A stretch of 64,000 nt of DNA from the human T2T-CHM13v2.0 reference genome, Homo sapiens (GCF_009914755.1 NC_060927.1); one strand, 5' to 3'. Shown: positions 30,401-47,600, numbered from the stretch's first letter. Translations and numbers: made by a program. Notes: generated by a model from the sequence alone, not told the origin.

Positions 30401-33400
30401 AAAATATGAAATTACAGCAAATATATATTATATTAGGTACATAAAATATGAAAGTACATCAAATATAGATTATATACTGTACATTAAATACCAAAGTACC
30501 CCAAATATATATTTTATACTGTACATGAAATATCAAAGTTCACAAACTATATATTATATACTGTACATAAAATATCAATGTACCCAAGGTATATATTCTA
30601 TACTGCACAAAAAATATCAAAGTACCCAAAGCATGTATTATATACTGTATATAAAATATGAAAGTACATCAAATATATATTTTATTCTGTACATAAAATA
30701 TCAAAGTACACCAGATATATATTCTATAGTGTACATAAAATAACAAAGTACACAAACTATAAATTATATCCTGTACATAAAATATGAAATTACATCAAAT
30801 ATATATTAGGTACATAAAATATGAAAGTACATCAAATATAGATTATATACTGTACATTAAGTACCAAAGTACACCAAATATATATTTTATTCTGTACATA
30901 AAATATCAAAGAACACCAGATATATATTCTATAGTGTACATAAAATATCAAAGTACCCAAACTATACATTATATACTGTACATAAAATATGAAATTACAT
31001 CAAATATATATTATATTAGGTAAATGAAATATGAAAGTACATCAAATATAGATTATATACTGTACATGAAATATGAAAGTACCCCAAATATATATTATAT
31101 ACTCTACATGAAATATCAAAGTTCACAAACTATATATTATATACTGTACATAAAATATCAAAGTACCCAAGGTATATATTCTATACTGTACAAAAAATAT
31201 CAAAGTATCCAAAGCATGTATTATATACTGTATATAAAATATGAAAGTACATCAAATATATATTTTATTCTGTACATAAAATATCAAAGTACACCAGATA
31301 TATATTCTATAGTGTACATAAAATATCAAAGTACCCAAACTATACATTATATACTGTACATAAAATATGAAATTACAGCAAATATATATTATATTAGGTA
31401 CATAAAATATGAAAGTACATCAAATATAGATTATATACTCTACATTAAATACCAAAGTACCCCAAATATATATTTTATACTGTACATGAAATATCAAAGT
31501 TCACAAACTATATATTATATACTGTACATAAAATATCAATGTACCCAAGGTATATATTCTATACTGCACAAAAAATATCAAAGTACCCAAAGCATGTATT
31601 ATATACTGTATATAAAATATGAAAGTACATCAAATATATATTTTATTCTGTACATAAAATATCAAAGTACACCAGATATATATTCTATAGTGTACATAAA
31701 ATATCAAAGTACCCAAACTATACATTATATACTGTACATAAAATATGAAATTACATCAAATATATATTATATTAGGTACATAAAATACGAAAGTACATCA
31801 AATATAGATTATATACTGTACATAAAATATGAAAGTACCCCAATATATATTATATACTCTACATGAAATATCAAAGTTCACAAACTATATATTATGTACT
31901 GTACAGAAAATATCAAAGTACCCAAGGTATATATTCTATACTGTACAAAAAATATCAAAGTACCCAAAGCATGTATTATATAATGTACATAAAATATCAA
32001 AGTACATCAAATATATATTTTATTCTGTACATAAAATATCAAAGAACACCAGATATATATTCTATAGTGTACATAAAATATCAAAGTACCCAAACTATAC
32101 ATTATATACTGTACATAAAATATGAAATTACATCAAATATATATTATATTAGGTACATAAAATATGAAAGTACATCAAATATAGATTATATACTGTAAAT
32201 ATAATATCAATGTACCCCAAATATATATTTTATACTCTACATGAAATATCAAAGTTCACAAACCATATATTATATACTGTACATAAAATATCAAAGTACC
32301 CAAGGTATATATTCTATACTGTACAAAAAATATCAAAGTACCCAAAGCATGTATTATATACTGTACATAAAATATGAAAGTACATCAAATATATATTTTA
32401 TTCTGTACATAAAATATCAAAGTACACCAGATATATATTCTATAGTGTACATAAAATATCAAAGTACCCAAACTATACATTATATACTGTACATAAAATA
32501 TGAAATTACATCAAATATATATTATATTAGGTAAATGAAATATGAAAGTACATCAAATATAGATTATATACTGTACATAAAATATGAAAGTACCCCAAAT
32601 ATATATTATATACTCTACATGAAATATCAAAGTTCACAAACTATATATTATATACTGTCCATAAAATATCAAAGTACCCAAGGTATATATTTTATACTGT
32701 ACAAAAAATATCAAAGTACCCAAAGCATGTATTATATACTATACCTAAAATATGAAAGTACATCAAATATATATTTTATTCTGTACATAAAATATCAAAG
32801 TACACCAGATATATATACTATAGTGTACATAAAATATCAAAGTACCCAAACTATACATTATACACTGCACATAAAATATGAAATTACATCAAATATATAT
32901 TAGGTACATAAAATATGAAAGTACATCAAATATAGATTATATACTGTAAATATAATATCAATGTACCCCAAATATATATTTTATACTCTACATGAAATAT
33001 CAAAGTTCACAAACCATATATTATATACTGTACATAAAATATCAAAGTACCCAAGGTATATATTCTATACTGTACAAAAAATATCAAAGTACCCAAAGCA
33101 TGTATTATATACTGTACATAAAATATGAAAGTACATCAAATATATATTTTATTCTGTACATAAAATATCAAAGTACACCAGATATATATTCTATAGTGTA
33201 CATAAAATATCAAAGTACCCAAACTATACATTATATACTGTACATAAAATATGAAATTACATCAAATATATATTATATTAGGTAAATGAAATATGAAAGT
33301 ACATCAAATATAGATTATATACTGTACATAAAATATGAAAGTACCCCAAATATATATTATATACTCTACATGAAATATCAAAGTTCACAAACTATATATT

Positions 33401-35000
33401 ATATACTGTCCATAAAATATCAAAGTACCCAAGGTATATATTTTATACTGTACAAAAAATATCAAAGTACCCAAAGCATGTATTATATACTGTACATAAA
33501 ATATGAAAGTACATCAAATATATATTTTATTCTGTACATAAAATATCAAAGTACACCAGATATATATTCTATAGTGTACATAAAATAACAAAGTACACAA
33601 ACTATAAATTATATCCTGTACATAAAATATGAAATTACATCAAATATATATTAGGTACATAAAATATGAAAGTACATCAAATATAGATTATATACTGTAC
33701 ATTAAGTGCCAAAGTACACCAAATATATATTTTATTCTGTACATAAAATATCAAAGTACACCAGATATATATTCTATAGTGTACATAAAATATCAAAGTA
33801 CCCAAACTATACATTATATACTGTACATAAAATATGAAATTACAGCAAATATATATTATATTAGGTACATAAAATATGAAAGTACATCAAATATAGATTA
33901 TATACTCTACATTAAATACCAAAGTACCCCAAATATATATTTTATACTGTACATGAAATATCAAAGTTCACAAACTATATATTATATACTGTACATAAAA
34001 TATCAATGTACCCAAGGTATATATTCTATACTGCACAAAAAATATCAATGTACCCAAAGCATGTATTATATACTGTATATAAAATATGAAAGTACATCAA
34101 ATATATATTTTATTCTGTACATAAAATATCAAAGTACACCAGATATATATTCTATAGTGTACATAAAATATCAAAGTACCCAAACTATACATTATATACT
34201 GTACATAAAATATGAAATTACATCAAATATATATTATATTAGGTACATAAAATACGAAAGTACATCAAATATAGATTATATACTGTACATAAAATATGAA
34301 AGTACCCCAATATATATTATATACTCTACATTTAATATCAAAGTTCACAAACTATATATTATGTACTGTACATAAAATATCAAACTACCCAAGGTATATA
34401 TTCTATACTGTACAAAAAATATCAAAGTACCCAAAGCATGTATTATATAATGTACATAAAATATGAAAGTACATCAAATATATATTTTATTCTGTACATA
34501 AAATATCAAAGAACACCAGATATATATTCTATAGTGTACATAAAATATCAAAGTACCCAAACTATACATTATATACTGTACATAAAATATGAAATTACCT
34601 CAAATATATATTATATTAGGTACATAAAATATGAAAGTACATCAAATATAGATTATATACTGTAAATATAATATCAATGTACCCCAAATATATATTTTAT
34701 ACTCTACATGAAATATCAAAGTTCACAAACCATATATTATATACTGTACATAAAATATCAAAGTACCCAAGGTATATATTCTATACTGTACAAAAAATAT
34801 CAAAGTACCCAAAGCATGTATTATATACTGTACATAAAATATGAAAGTACATCAAATATATATTTTATTCTGTACATAAAATATCAAAGTACACCAGATA
34901 TATATTCTATAGTGTACATAAAATATCAAAGTACCCAAACTATACATTATATACTGTACATAAAATATGAAATTACATCAAATATATATTATATTAGGTA
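27450..35000 (+). repeat. Third, more diverged copy (C) of the ~12.4-20.1 kb block
   Basis: Offset is 15050 (13208/28258 to 15097/30147), then 15192 after the 142-bp deletion, then 14819 after a 373-bp unit difference. Markers gtaccgaagg, attaagtgccaaag (~18886/~33705) and attacctcaaat (~19777/~34596). Confidence 0.78.
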
Positions 35001-38000
35001 CATAAAATATGAAAGTACATCAAATATAGATTATATACTGTAAATATAATATCAATGTACCCCAAATATATATTTTATACTCTACATGAAATATCAAAGT
35101 TCACAAACCATATATTATATACTGTACATAAAATATCAAAGTACCCAAGGTATATATTCTATACTGTACAAAAAATATCAAAGTACCCAAAGCATGTATT
35201 ATATACTATACCTAAAATATGAAAGTACATCAAATATATATTTTATTCTGTACATAAAATATCAAAGTACACCAGATATATATTCTACAGTGTACATAAA
35301 ATATCAAAGTACCCAAACTATACATTATATACTGTACATAAAATATGAAATTACATCAAATATATATTATATTAGGTACATAAAATACGAAAGTACATCA
35401 AATATAGATTATATACTGTACATAAAATATCAAAGTACCCCAATATATATTATATACTGTACATGAAATATCAAAGTTCACAAACTATATATTATGTACT
35501 GTACATAAAATATCAAAGTACCCAAGGTATATATTCTATACTGTACAAAAAATATCAAAGTACCCAAAGCATGTATTATATAATGTACATAAAATATGAA
35601 AGTACATCAAATATATATTTTATTCTGTACATAAAATATCAAAGTACACCAGATATATATTCTATAGCGTACATAAAATATCAAAGTACACAAACTATAC
35701 ATTATATACTGTACATAAAATATGAAATTACATCAAATATATATTATATTAGGTAAATGAAATATGAAAGTACATCAAATATAGATTATATACTGTACAT
35801 AAAATATGAAAGTACCCCAAATATATATTATATACTCTACATGAAATATCAAAGTTCACAAACTATATATTATATACTGTACATAAAATATCAAAGTACC
35901 CAAGGTATATATTCTATACTGTACAAAAAATATCAAAGTATCCAAAGCATGTATTATATACTGTATATAAAATATGAAAGTACATCAAATATATATTTTA
36001 TTCTGTACATAAAATATCAAAGTACACCAGATATATATTCTATAGCGTACATAAAATATCAAAGTACACAAACTGTACATTATATACTGTACATAAAATA
36101 TGAAATTACATCAAATATATATTATATTAGGTACATAAAATATGAAAGTACATCAAATATAGATTATATACTGTAAATATAATATCAATGTACCCCAAAT
36201 ATATATTTTATACTCTACATGAAATATCAAAGTTCACAAACCATATATTATATACTGTACATAAAATATCAAAGTACCCAAGGTATATATTCTAAACTGT
36301 ACAAAAAATATCAAAGTACCCAAAGCATGTATTATATACTGTACATAAAATATGAAAGTACATCAAATATATATTTTATTCTGTACATAAAATATCAAAG
36401 TACACCAGATATATATTCTATAGTGTACATAAAATATCAAAGTACCCAAACTATACATTATATACTGTACATAAAATATGAAATTACATCAAATATATAT
36501 TATATTAGGTAAATGAAATATGAAAGTACATCAAATATAGATTATATACTGTACATAAAATATGAAAGTACCCCAAATATATATTATATACTCTACATGA
36601 AATATCAAAGTTCACAAACTATATATTATATACTGTACATAAAATATCAAAGTACCCAAGGTATATATTCTATACTGTACAAAAAATATCAAAGTATCCA
36701 AAGCATGTATTATATACTGTATATAAAATATGAAAGTACATCAAATATATATTTTATTCTGTACATAAAATATCAAAGTACACCAGATATATATTCTATA
36801 GTGTACATAAAATATCAAAGTACCCAAACTATACATTATATACTGTACATAAAATATGAAATTACAGCAAATATATATTATATTAGGTACATAAAATATG
36901 AAAGTACATCAAATATAGATTATATACTCTACATTAAATACCAAAGTACCACAAATATATATTTTATACTGTACATGAAATATCAAAGTTCACAAACTAT
37001 ATATTATATACTGTACATAAAATATCAATGTACCCAAGGTATATATTCTATACTGCACAAAAAATATCAAAGTACCCAAAGCATGTATTATATACTGTAT
37101 ATAAAATATGAAAGTACATCAAATATATATTTTATTCTGTACATAAAATATCAAAGTACACCAGATATATATTCTATAGTGTACATAAAATATCAAAGTA
37201 CCCAAACTATACATTATATACTGTACATAAAATATGAAATTACATCAAATATATATTATATTAGGTACATTAAATACGAAAGTACATCAAATATAGATTA
37301 TATACTGTACATAAAATATGAAAGTACCCCAATATATATTATATACTCTACATGAATTATCAAAGTTCACAAACTATATATTATGTACTGTACATAAAAT
37401 ATCAAACTACCCAAGGTATATATTCTATACTGTACAAAAAATATCAAAGTACCCAAAGCATGTATTATATAATGTACATAAAATATGAAAGTACATCAAA
37501 TATATATTTTATTCTGTACATAAAATATCAAAGAACACCAGATATATATTCTATAGTGTACATAAAATATCAAAGTACCCAAACTATACATTATATACTC
37601 TACATAAAATATGAAATTACAGCAAATATATATTATATTAGGTACATAAAATATGAAAGTACATCAAATATAGATTATATACTGTACATTAAATACCAAA
37701 GTACCCCAAATATATATTTTATACTGTACATGAAATATCAAAGTTCACAAACTATATATTATATACTGTACATAAAATATCAATGTACCCAAGGTATATA
37801 TTCTATACTGCACAAAAAATATCAAAATACCCAAAGCATGTATTATATACTGTATATAAAATATGAAAGTACATCAAATATATATTTTATTCTGTACATA
37901 AAATATCAAAGTACACCAGATATATATTCTATAGTGTACATAAAATAACAAAGTACACAAACTATAAATTATATCCTGTACATAAAATATGAAATTACAT

Positions 38001-38690
38001 CAAATATATATTAGGTACATAAAATATGAAAGTACATCAAATATAGATTATATACTGTACATTAAGTACCAAAGTACACCAAATATATATTTTATTCTGT
38101 ACATAAAATATCAAAGTACACCAGATATATATTCTATAGTGTACATAAAATATCAAAGTACCCAAACTATACATTATATACTGTACATAAAATATGAAAT
38201 TACATCAAATATATATTATATTAGGTAAATGAAATATGAAAGTACATCAAATATAGATTATATACTGTACATAAAATATGAAAGTACCCCAAATATATAT
38301 TATATACTCTACATGAAATATCAAAGTTCACAAACTATATATTATATACTGTACATAAAATATCAAAGTACCCAAGGTATATATTCTATACTGTACAAAA
38401 AATATCAAAGTATCCAAAGCATGTATTATATACTGTATATAAAATATGAAAGTACATCAAATATATATTTTATTCTGTACATAAAATATCAAAGTACACC
38501 AGATATATATTCTATAGTGTACATAAAATATCAAAGTACCCAAACTATACATTATATACTGTACATAAAATATGAAATTACATCAAATATATATTATATT
38601 AGGTAAATGAAATATGAAAGTACATCAAATATAGATTATATACTGTACATAAAATATGAAAGTACCCCAAATATATATTATATACTCTAC

Positions 38691-41600
38691 ATGAAATATC
38701 AAAGTTCACAAACTATATATTATATACTGTCCATAAAATATCAAAGTACCCAAGGTATATATTTTATACTGTACAAAAAATATCAAAGTACCCAAAGCAT
38801 GTATTATATACTATACCTAAAATATGAAAGTACATCAAATATATATTTTATTCTCTACATAAAATATCAAAGTACACCAGATATATATTCTACAGTGTAT
38901 ATAAAATATCAAAGTACCCAAACTATACATTATATACTGTACATAAAATATGAAATTACATCAAATATATATTATATTAGGTACATAAAATATGAAAGTA
39001 CATGAAGTATAGATTATATACTGTACATAAAATATCAAAGTACCCCAAATTTATATTATATACTATACATGAAATATCAAAGTTCACAAACTATATATTA
39101 TATACTGTACATAAAATATCAAAGTACCCAAGGTATATATTCTATAGTGTACAAAAAATATCAAAGTACCCAAAGCATGTATTATATACCGTACGTAAAA
39201 TATAAAATTACATCAAATATATATTTTATTCTGTACATAAAATATCAAAGTACACCAGATATATATACTATAGTGTACATAAAATATCAAAGTACCCAAA
39301 CTATACATTATACACTGCACATAAAATATGAAATTACATCAAATATATATTAGGTACATAAAATATGAAAGTACATCAAATATAGATTATATACTGTAAA
39401 TATAATATCAATGTACCCCAAATATATATTTTATACTCTACATGAAATATCAAAGTTCACAAACCATATATTATATACTGTACATAAAATATCAAAGTAC
39501 CCAAGGTATATATTCTATACTGTACAAAAAATATCAAAGTACCCAAAGCATGTATTATATACTGTACATAAAATATGAAAGTACATCAAATATATATTTT
39601 ATTCTGTACATAAAATATCAAAGTACACCAGATATATATTCTATAGTGTACATAAAATAACAAAGTACACAAACTATAAATTATATCCTGTACATAAAAT
39701 ATGAAATTACATCAAATATATATTAGGTACATAAAATATGAAAGTACATCAAATATAGATTATATACTGTACATTAAGTACCAAAGTACACCAAATATAT
39801 ATTTTATTCTGTACATAAAATATCAAAGTACACCAGATATATATTCTATAGTGTACATAAAATATCAAAGTACCCAAACTATACATTATATACTGTACAT
39901 AAAATATGAAATTACAGCAAATATATATTATATTAGGTACATAAAATATGAAAGTACATCAAATATAGATTATATACTCTACATTAAATACCAAAGTACC
40001 CCAAATATATATTTTATACTGTACATGAAATATCAAAGTTCACAAACTATATATTATATACTGTACATAAAATATCAATGTACCCAAGGTATATATTCTA
40101 TACTGCACAAAAAATATCAAAGTACCCAAAGCATGTATTATATACTGTATATAAAATATGAAAGTACATCAAATATATATTTTATTCTGTACATAAAATA
40201 TCAAAGTACACCAGATATATATTCTATAGTGTACATAAAATATCAAAGTACCCAAACTATACATTATATACTGTACATAAAATATGAAATTACATCAAAT
40301 ATATATTAAGTACATAAAATATGAAAGTACATCAAATATAGATTATATAGTGTACATAAAATATCAATGTACACCAAATATATATTATATACTCTACATG
40401 AAATATCAAAGTTCACAAACTATATATTATATACTGTCCATAAAATATCAAAGTACCCAAGGTATATATTTTATACTGTACAAAAAATATCAAAGTACCC
40501 AAAGCATGTATTATATACTATACCTAAATTATGAAAGTACATCAAATATATATTTTATTCTGTACATAAAATATCAAAGTACACCAGATATATATTCTAC
40601 AGTGTATATAAAATATCAAAGTACCCAAACTATACATTATATACTGTACATAAAATATGAAATTACATCAAATATATATTATATTAGGTACATAAAATAT
40701 GAAAGTACATGAAGTATAGATTATATACTGTACATAAAATATCAAAGTACCCCAAATTTATATTATATACTATACATGAAATATCAAAGTTCACAAACTA
40801 TATATTATATACTGTACATAAAATATCAAAGTACCCAAGGTATATATTCTATAGTGTACAAAAAATATCAAAGTACCCAAAGCATGTATTATATACCGTA
40901 CGTAAAATATAAAATTACATCAAATATATATTTTATTCTGTACATAAAATATCAAAGTACACCAGATATATATACTATAGTGTACATAAAATATCAAAGT
41001 ACCCAAACTATACATTATACACTGCACATAAAATATGAAATTACATCAAATATATATTAGGTACATAAAATATGAAAGTACATCAAATATAGATTATATA
41101 CTGTAAATATAATATCAATGTACCCCAAATATATATTTTATACTCTACATGAAATATCAAAGTTCACAAACCATATATTATATACTGTACATAAAATATC
41201 AAAGTACCCAAGGTATATATTCTATACTGTACAAAAAATATCAAAGTACCCAAAGCATGTATTATATACTGTACATAAAATATGAAAGTACATCAAATAT
41301 ATATTTTATTCTGTACATAAAATATCAAAGTACACCAGATATATATTCTATAGTGTACATAAAATAACAAAGTACACAAACTATAAATTATATCCTGTAC
41401 ATAAAATATGAAATTACATCAAATATATATTAGGTACATAAAATATGAAAGTACATCAAATATAGATTATATACTGTACATTAAGTACCAAAGTACACCA
41501 AATATATATTTTATTCTGTACATAAAATATCAAAGTACACCAGATATATATTCTATAGTGTACATAAAATATCAAAGTAACCAAACTATACATTATATAC
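38691..41600 (+). repeat. Partial tandem duplication with 1707-bp period
   Basis: Pairs 39002/40709, 39069/40776, 39442/41149 and 39701/41408. 1707 = 378+373+583+373. Confidence 0.8.
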
Positions 41601-42109
41601 TGTACATAAAATATGAAATTACATCAAATATATATTATATTAGGTAAATGAAATATGAAAGTACATCAAATATAGATTATATACTGTACATAAAATATGA
41701 AAGTACCCCAAATATATATTATATACTCTACATGAAATATCAAAGTTCACAAACTATATATTATATACTGTACATAAAATATCAAAGTACCCAAGGTATA
41801 TATTCTATACTGTACAAACAATATCAAAGTATCCAAAGCATGTATTATATACTGTATATAAAATATGAAAGTACATCAAATATATATTTTATTCTGTACA
41901 TAAAATATCAAAGAACACCAGATATATATTCTATAGTGTACATAAAATATCAAATTACCCAAACTATACATTATATACTGTACATAAAATATGAAATTAC
42001 ATCAAATATATATTATATTAGGTACATAAAATATGAAAGTACATCAAATATAGATTATATACTGTAAATATAATATCAATGTACCCCAAATATATATTTT
42101 ATACTCTAC

Positions 42110-44669
42110 ATGAAATATCAAAGTTCACAAACCATATATTATATACTGTACATAAAATATCAAAGTACCCAAGGTATATATTCTATACTGTACAAAAAAT
42201 ATCAAAGTACCCAAAGCATGTATTATATACTATACCTAAAATATGAAAGTACATCAAATATATATTTTATTCTGTACATAAAATATCAAAGTACACCAGA
42301 TATATATTCTACAGTGTACATAAAATATCAAAGTACCCAAACTATACATTATATACTGTACATAAAATATGAAATTACATCAAATATATATTATATTAGG
42401 TACATAAAATACGACAGTACATCAAATATAGATTATATACTGTACATAAAATATCAAAGTACCCCAATATATATTATATACTGTACATGAAATATCAAAG
42501 TTCACAAACTATATATTATGTACTGTACATAAAATATCAAAGTACCCAAGGTATATATTCTATACTGTACAAAAAATATCAAAGTACCCAAAGCATGTAT
42601 TATATAATGTACATAAAATATGAAAGTACATCAAATATATATTTTATTCTGTACATAAAATATCAAAGTACACCAGATATATATTCTATAGCGTACATAA
42701 AATATCAAAGTACACAAACTATACATTATATACTGTACATAAAATATGAAATTACATCAAATATATATTATATTAGGTAAATGAAATATGAAAGTACATC
42801 AAATATAGATTATATACTGTACATAAAATATGAAAGTACCCCAAATATATATTATATACTCTACATGAAATATCAAAGTTCACAAACTATATATTATATA
42901 CTGTACATAATATATCAAAGTACCCAAGGTATATATTCTATACTGTACAAAAAATATCAAAGTATCCAAAGCATGTATTATATACTGTATATAAAATATG
43001 AAAGTACATCAAATATATATTTTATTCTGTACATAAAATATCAAAGTACACCAGATATATATTCTATAGCGTACATAAAATATCAAAGTACACAAACTAT
43101 ACATTCTATACTGTACATAAAATATGAAATTACATCAAATATATATTATATTAGGTACATAAAATATGAAAGTACATCAAATATAGATTATATACTGTAA
43201 ATATAATATCAATGTTCCCCAAATATATATTTTATACTCTACATGAAATATCAAAGTTCACAAACCATATATTATATACTGTACATAAAATATCAAAGTA
43301 CCCAAGGTATATATTCTATACTGTACAAAAAATATCAAAGTACCCAAAGCATGTATTATATACTGTACATAAAATATGAAAGTACATCAAATATATATTT
43401 TATTCTGTACATAAAATATCAAAGTACACCACATATATATTCTACAGTGTACATAAAATATCAAAGTACCCAAACTATACATTATATACTGTACATAAAA
43501 TATGAAATTACATCAAATATATATTATATTAGGTACATAAAATACGAAAGTACATCAAATATAGATTATATACTGTACATAAAATATCAAAGTACCCCAA
43601 TATATATTATATACTGTACATGAAATATCAAAGTTCACAAACTATATATTATGTACTGTACATAAAATATCAAAGTACCCAAGGTATATATTCTATACTG
43701 TACAAAAAATATCAAAGTACCCAAAGCATGTATTATATAATGTACATAAAATATGAAAGTACATCAAATATATATTTTATTCTGTACATAAAATATCAAA
43801 GTACACCAGATATATATTCTGTAGCGTACATAAAATATCAAAGTATACAAACTATACATTATATACTGTACATAAAATATGAAATTACATCAAATATATA
43901 TTATATTAGGTAAATGAAATATGAAAGTACATCAAATATAGATTATATACTGTACATAAAATATGAAAGTACCCCAAATATATATTATATACTCTACATG
44001 AAATATCAAAGTTCACAAACTATATATTATATACTGTACATAAAATATCAAAGTACCCAAGGTATATATTCTATACTGTACAAAAAATATCAAAGTATCC
44101 AAAGCATGTATTATATACTGTATATAAAATATGAAAGTACATCAAATATATATTTTATTCTGTACATAAAATATCAAAGTACACCAGATATATATTCTAT
44201 AGCGTACATAAAATATCAAAGTACACAAACTATACATTATATACTGTACATAAAATATGAAATTACATCAAATATATATTATATTAGGTACATAAAATAT
44301 GAAAGTACATCAAATATAGATTATATACTGTAAATATAATATCAATGTACCCCAAATATATATTTTATACTCTACATGAAATATCAAAGTTCACAAACCA
44401 TATATTATATACTGTACATAAAATATCAAAGTACCCAAGGTATATATTCTATACTGTACAAAAAATATCAAAGTACCCAAAGCATGTATTATATACTGTA
44501 CATAAAATATGAAAGTACATCAAATATATATTTTATTCTGTACATAAAATATCAAAGTACACCAGATATATATTCTATAGCGTACATAAAATATCAAAGT
44601 ACCCAAACTATACATTATATACTGTACATAAAATATGAAATTACATCAAATATATATTATATTAGGTAA
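42110..44669 (+). repeat. Tandem repeat with 1133-bp period (3 HORs)
   Basis: HOR/ORF starts 42110/43243/44376, 42487/43620 and 42781/43914. 1133 = 377+378+378. Confidence 0.8.
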
Positions 44670-47600
44670 ATGAAATATGAAAGTACATCAAATATAGATT
44701 ATATACTGTACATAAAATATGAAAGTACCCCAAATATATATTATATACTCTACATGAAATATCAAAGTTCACAAACTATATATTATATACTGTACATAAA
44801 ATATCAAAGTACCCAAGGTATATATTCTATACTGTACAAAAAATATCAAAGTATCCAAAGCATGTATTATATACTGTATATAAAATATGAAAGTACATCA
44901 AATATATATTTTATTCTGTACATAAAATATCAAAGTACACCAGATATATATTCTATAGTGTACATAAAATATCAAAGTACCCAATCTATACATTATATAC
45001 TGTACATAAAATATGAAATTACAGCAAATATATATTATATTAGGTACATAAAATATGAAAGTACATCAAATATAGATTATATACTCTACATTAAATACCA
45101 AAGTACCCCAAATATATATTTTATACTGTACATGAAATATCAAAGTTCACAAACTATATATTATATACTGTACATAAAATATCAATGTACCCAAGGTATA
45201 TATTCTATACTGCACAAAAAATATCAAAGTACCCAAAGCATGTATTATATACTGTATATAAAATATGAAAGTACATCAAATATATATTTTATTCTGTACA
45301 TAAAATATCAAAGTACACCAGATATATATTCTATAGTGTACATAAAATATCAAAGTACCCAAACTATACATTATATACTGTACATAAAATATGAAATTAC
45401 ATCAAATATATATTATATTAGGTACATAAAATACGAAAGTACATCAAATATAGATTATATACTGTACATAAAATATGAAAGTACCCCAATATATATTATA
45501 TACTCTACATGAAATATCAAAGTTCACAAACTATATATTATGTACTTTACATAAAATATCAAACTACCCAAGGTATATATTCTATACTGTACAAAAAATA
45601 TCAAAGTACCCAAAGCATGTATTATATAATGTACATAAAATATGAAAGTACATCAAATATATATTTTATTCTGTACATAAAATATCAAAGAACACCAGAT
45701 ATATATTCTATAGTGTACATAAAATATCAAAGTACCCAAACTATACATTATATACTGTACATAAAATATGAAATTACATCATATATATATTAGGTACATA
45801 AAATATGAAAGTACATCAAATATATATTTTATTCTGTACATAAAATATCAAAGTACACCAGATATATATTCTATAGTGTACATAAAATAACAAAGTACAC
45901 AAACTATAAAATATATACTGTACATAAAATATGAAATTACATCAAATATATATTAGGTACATAAAATATGAAAGTACATCAAATATAGATTATATACTGT
46001 AAATATAATATCAATGTACCCCAAATATATATTTTATACTCTACATGAAATATCAAAGTTCACAAACCATATATTATATACTGTACATAAAATATCAAAG
46101 TACCCAAGGTATATATTCTATACTGTACAAAAAATATCAAAGTACCCAAAGCATGTATTATATACTATACCTAAAATATGAAAGTACATCAAATATATAT
46201 TTTATTCTGTACATAAAATATCAAAGTACACCAGATATATATTCTACAGTGTACATAAAATATCAAAGTACCCAAACTATACATTATATACTGTACATAA
46301 AATATGAAATTACATCAAATATATATTATATTAGGTACATAAAATACGAAAGTACATCAAATATAGATTATATACTGTACATAAAATATCAAAGTACCCC
46401 AATATATATTATATACTGTACATGAAATATCAAAGTTCACAAACTATATATTATGTACTGTACATAAAATATCAAAGTACCCAAGGTATATATTCTATAC
46501 TGTACAAAAAATATCAAAGTACCCAAAGCATGTATTATATAATGTACATAAAATATGAAAGTACATCAAATATATATTTTATTCTGTACATAAAATATCA
46601 AAGTACACCAGATATATATTCTATAGCGTACATAAAATATCAAAGTACACAAACTATACATTATATACTGTACATAAAATATGAAATTACATCAAATATA
46701 TATTATATTAGGTAAATGAAATATGAAAGTACATCAAATATAGATTATATACTGTACATAAAATATGAAAGTACCCCAAATATATATTATATACTCTACA
46801 TGAAATATCAAAGTTCACAAACTATATATTATATACTGTACATAAAATATCAAAGTACCCAAGGTATATATTCTATACTGTACAAAAAATATCAAAGTAT
46901 CCAAAGCATGTATTATATACTGTATATAAAATATGAAAGTACATCAAATATATATTTTATTCTGTACATAAAATATCAAAGTACACCAGATATATATTCT
47001 ATAGTGTACATAAAATATCAAAGTACCCAATCTATACATTATATACTGTACATAAAATATGAAATTACAGCAAATATATATTATATTAGGTACATAAAAT
47101 ATGAAAGTACATCAAATATAGATTATATACTCTACATTAAATACCAAAGTACCCCAAATATATATTTTATACTGTACATGAAATATCAAAGTTCACAAAC
47201 TATATATTATATACTGTACATAAAATATCAATGTACCCAAGGTATATATTCTATACTGCACAAAAAATATCAAAGTACCCAAAGCATGTATTATATACTG
47301 TATATAAAATATGAAAGTACATCAAATATATATTTTATTCTGTACATAAAATATCAAATACACCAGATATATATTCTATAGTGTACATAAAATACCAAAG
47401 TACCCAAACTATACATTATATACTGTACATAAAATATGAAATTACATCAAATATATATTATATTAGGTACATAAAATACGAAAGTACATCAAATATAGAT
47501 TATATACTGTACATAAAATATGAAAGTACCCCAATATATATTATATACTCTACATGAAATATCAAAGTTCACAAACTATATATTATGTACTGTACATAAA

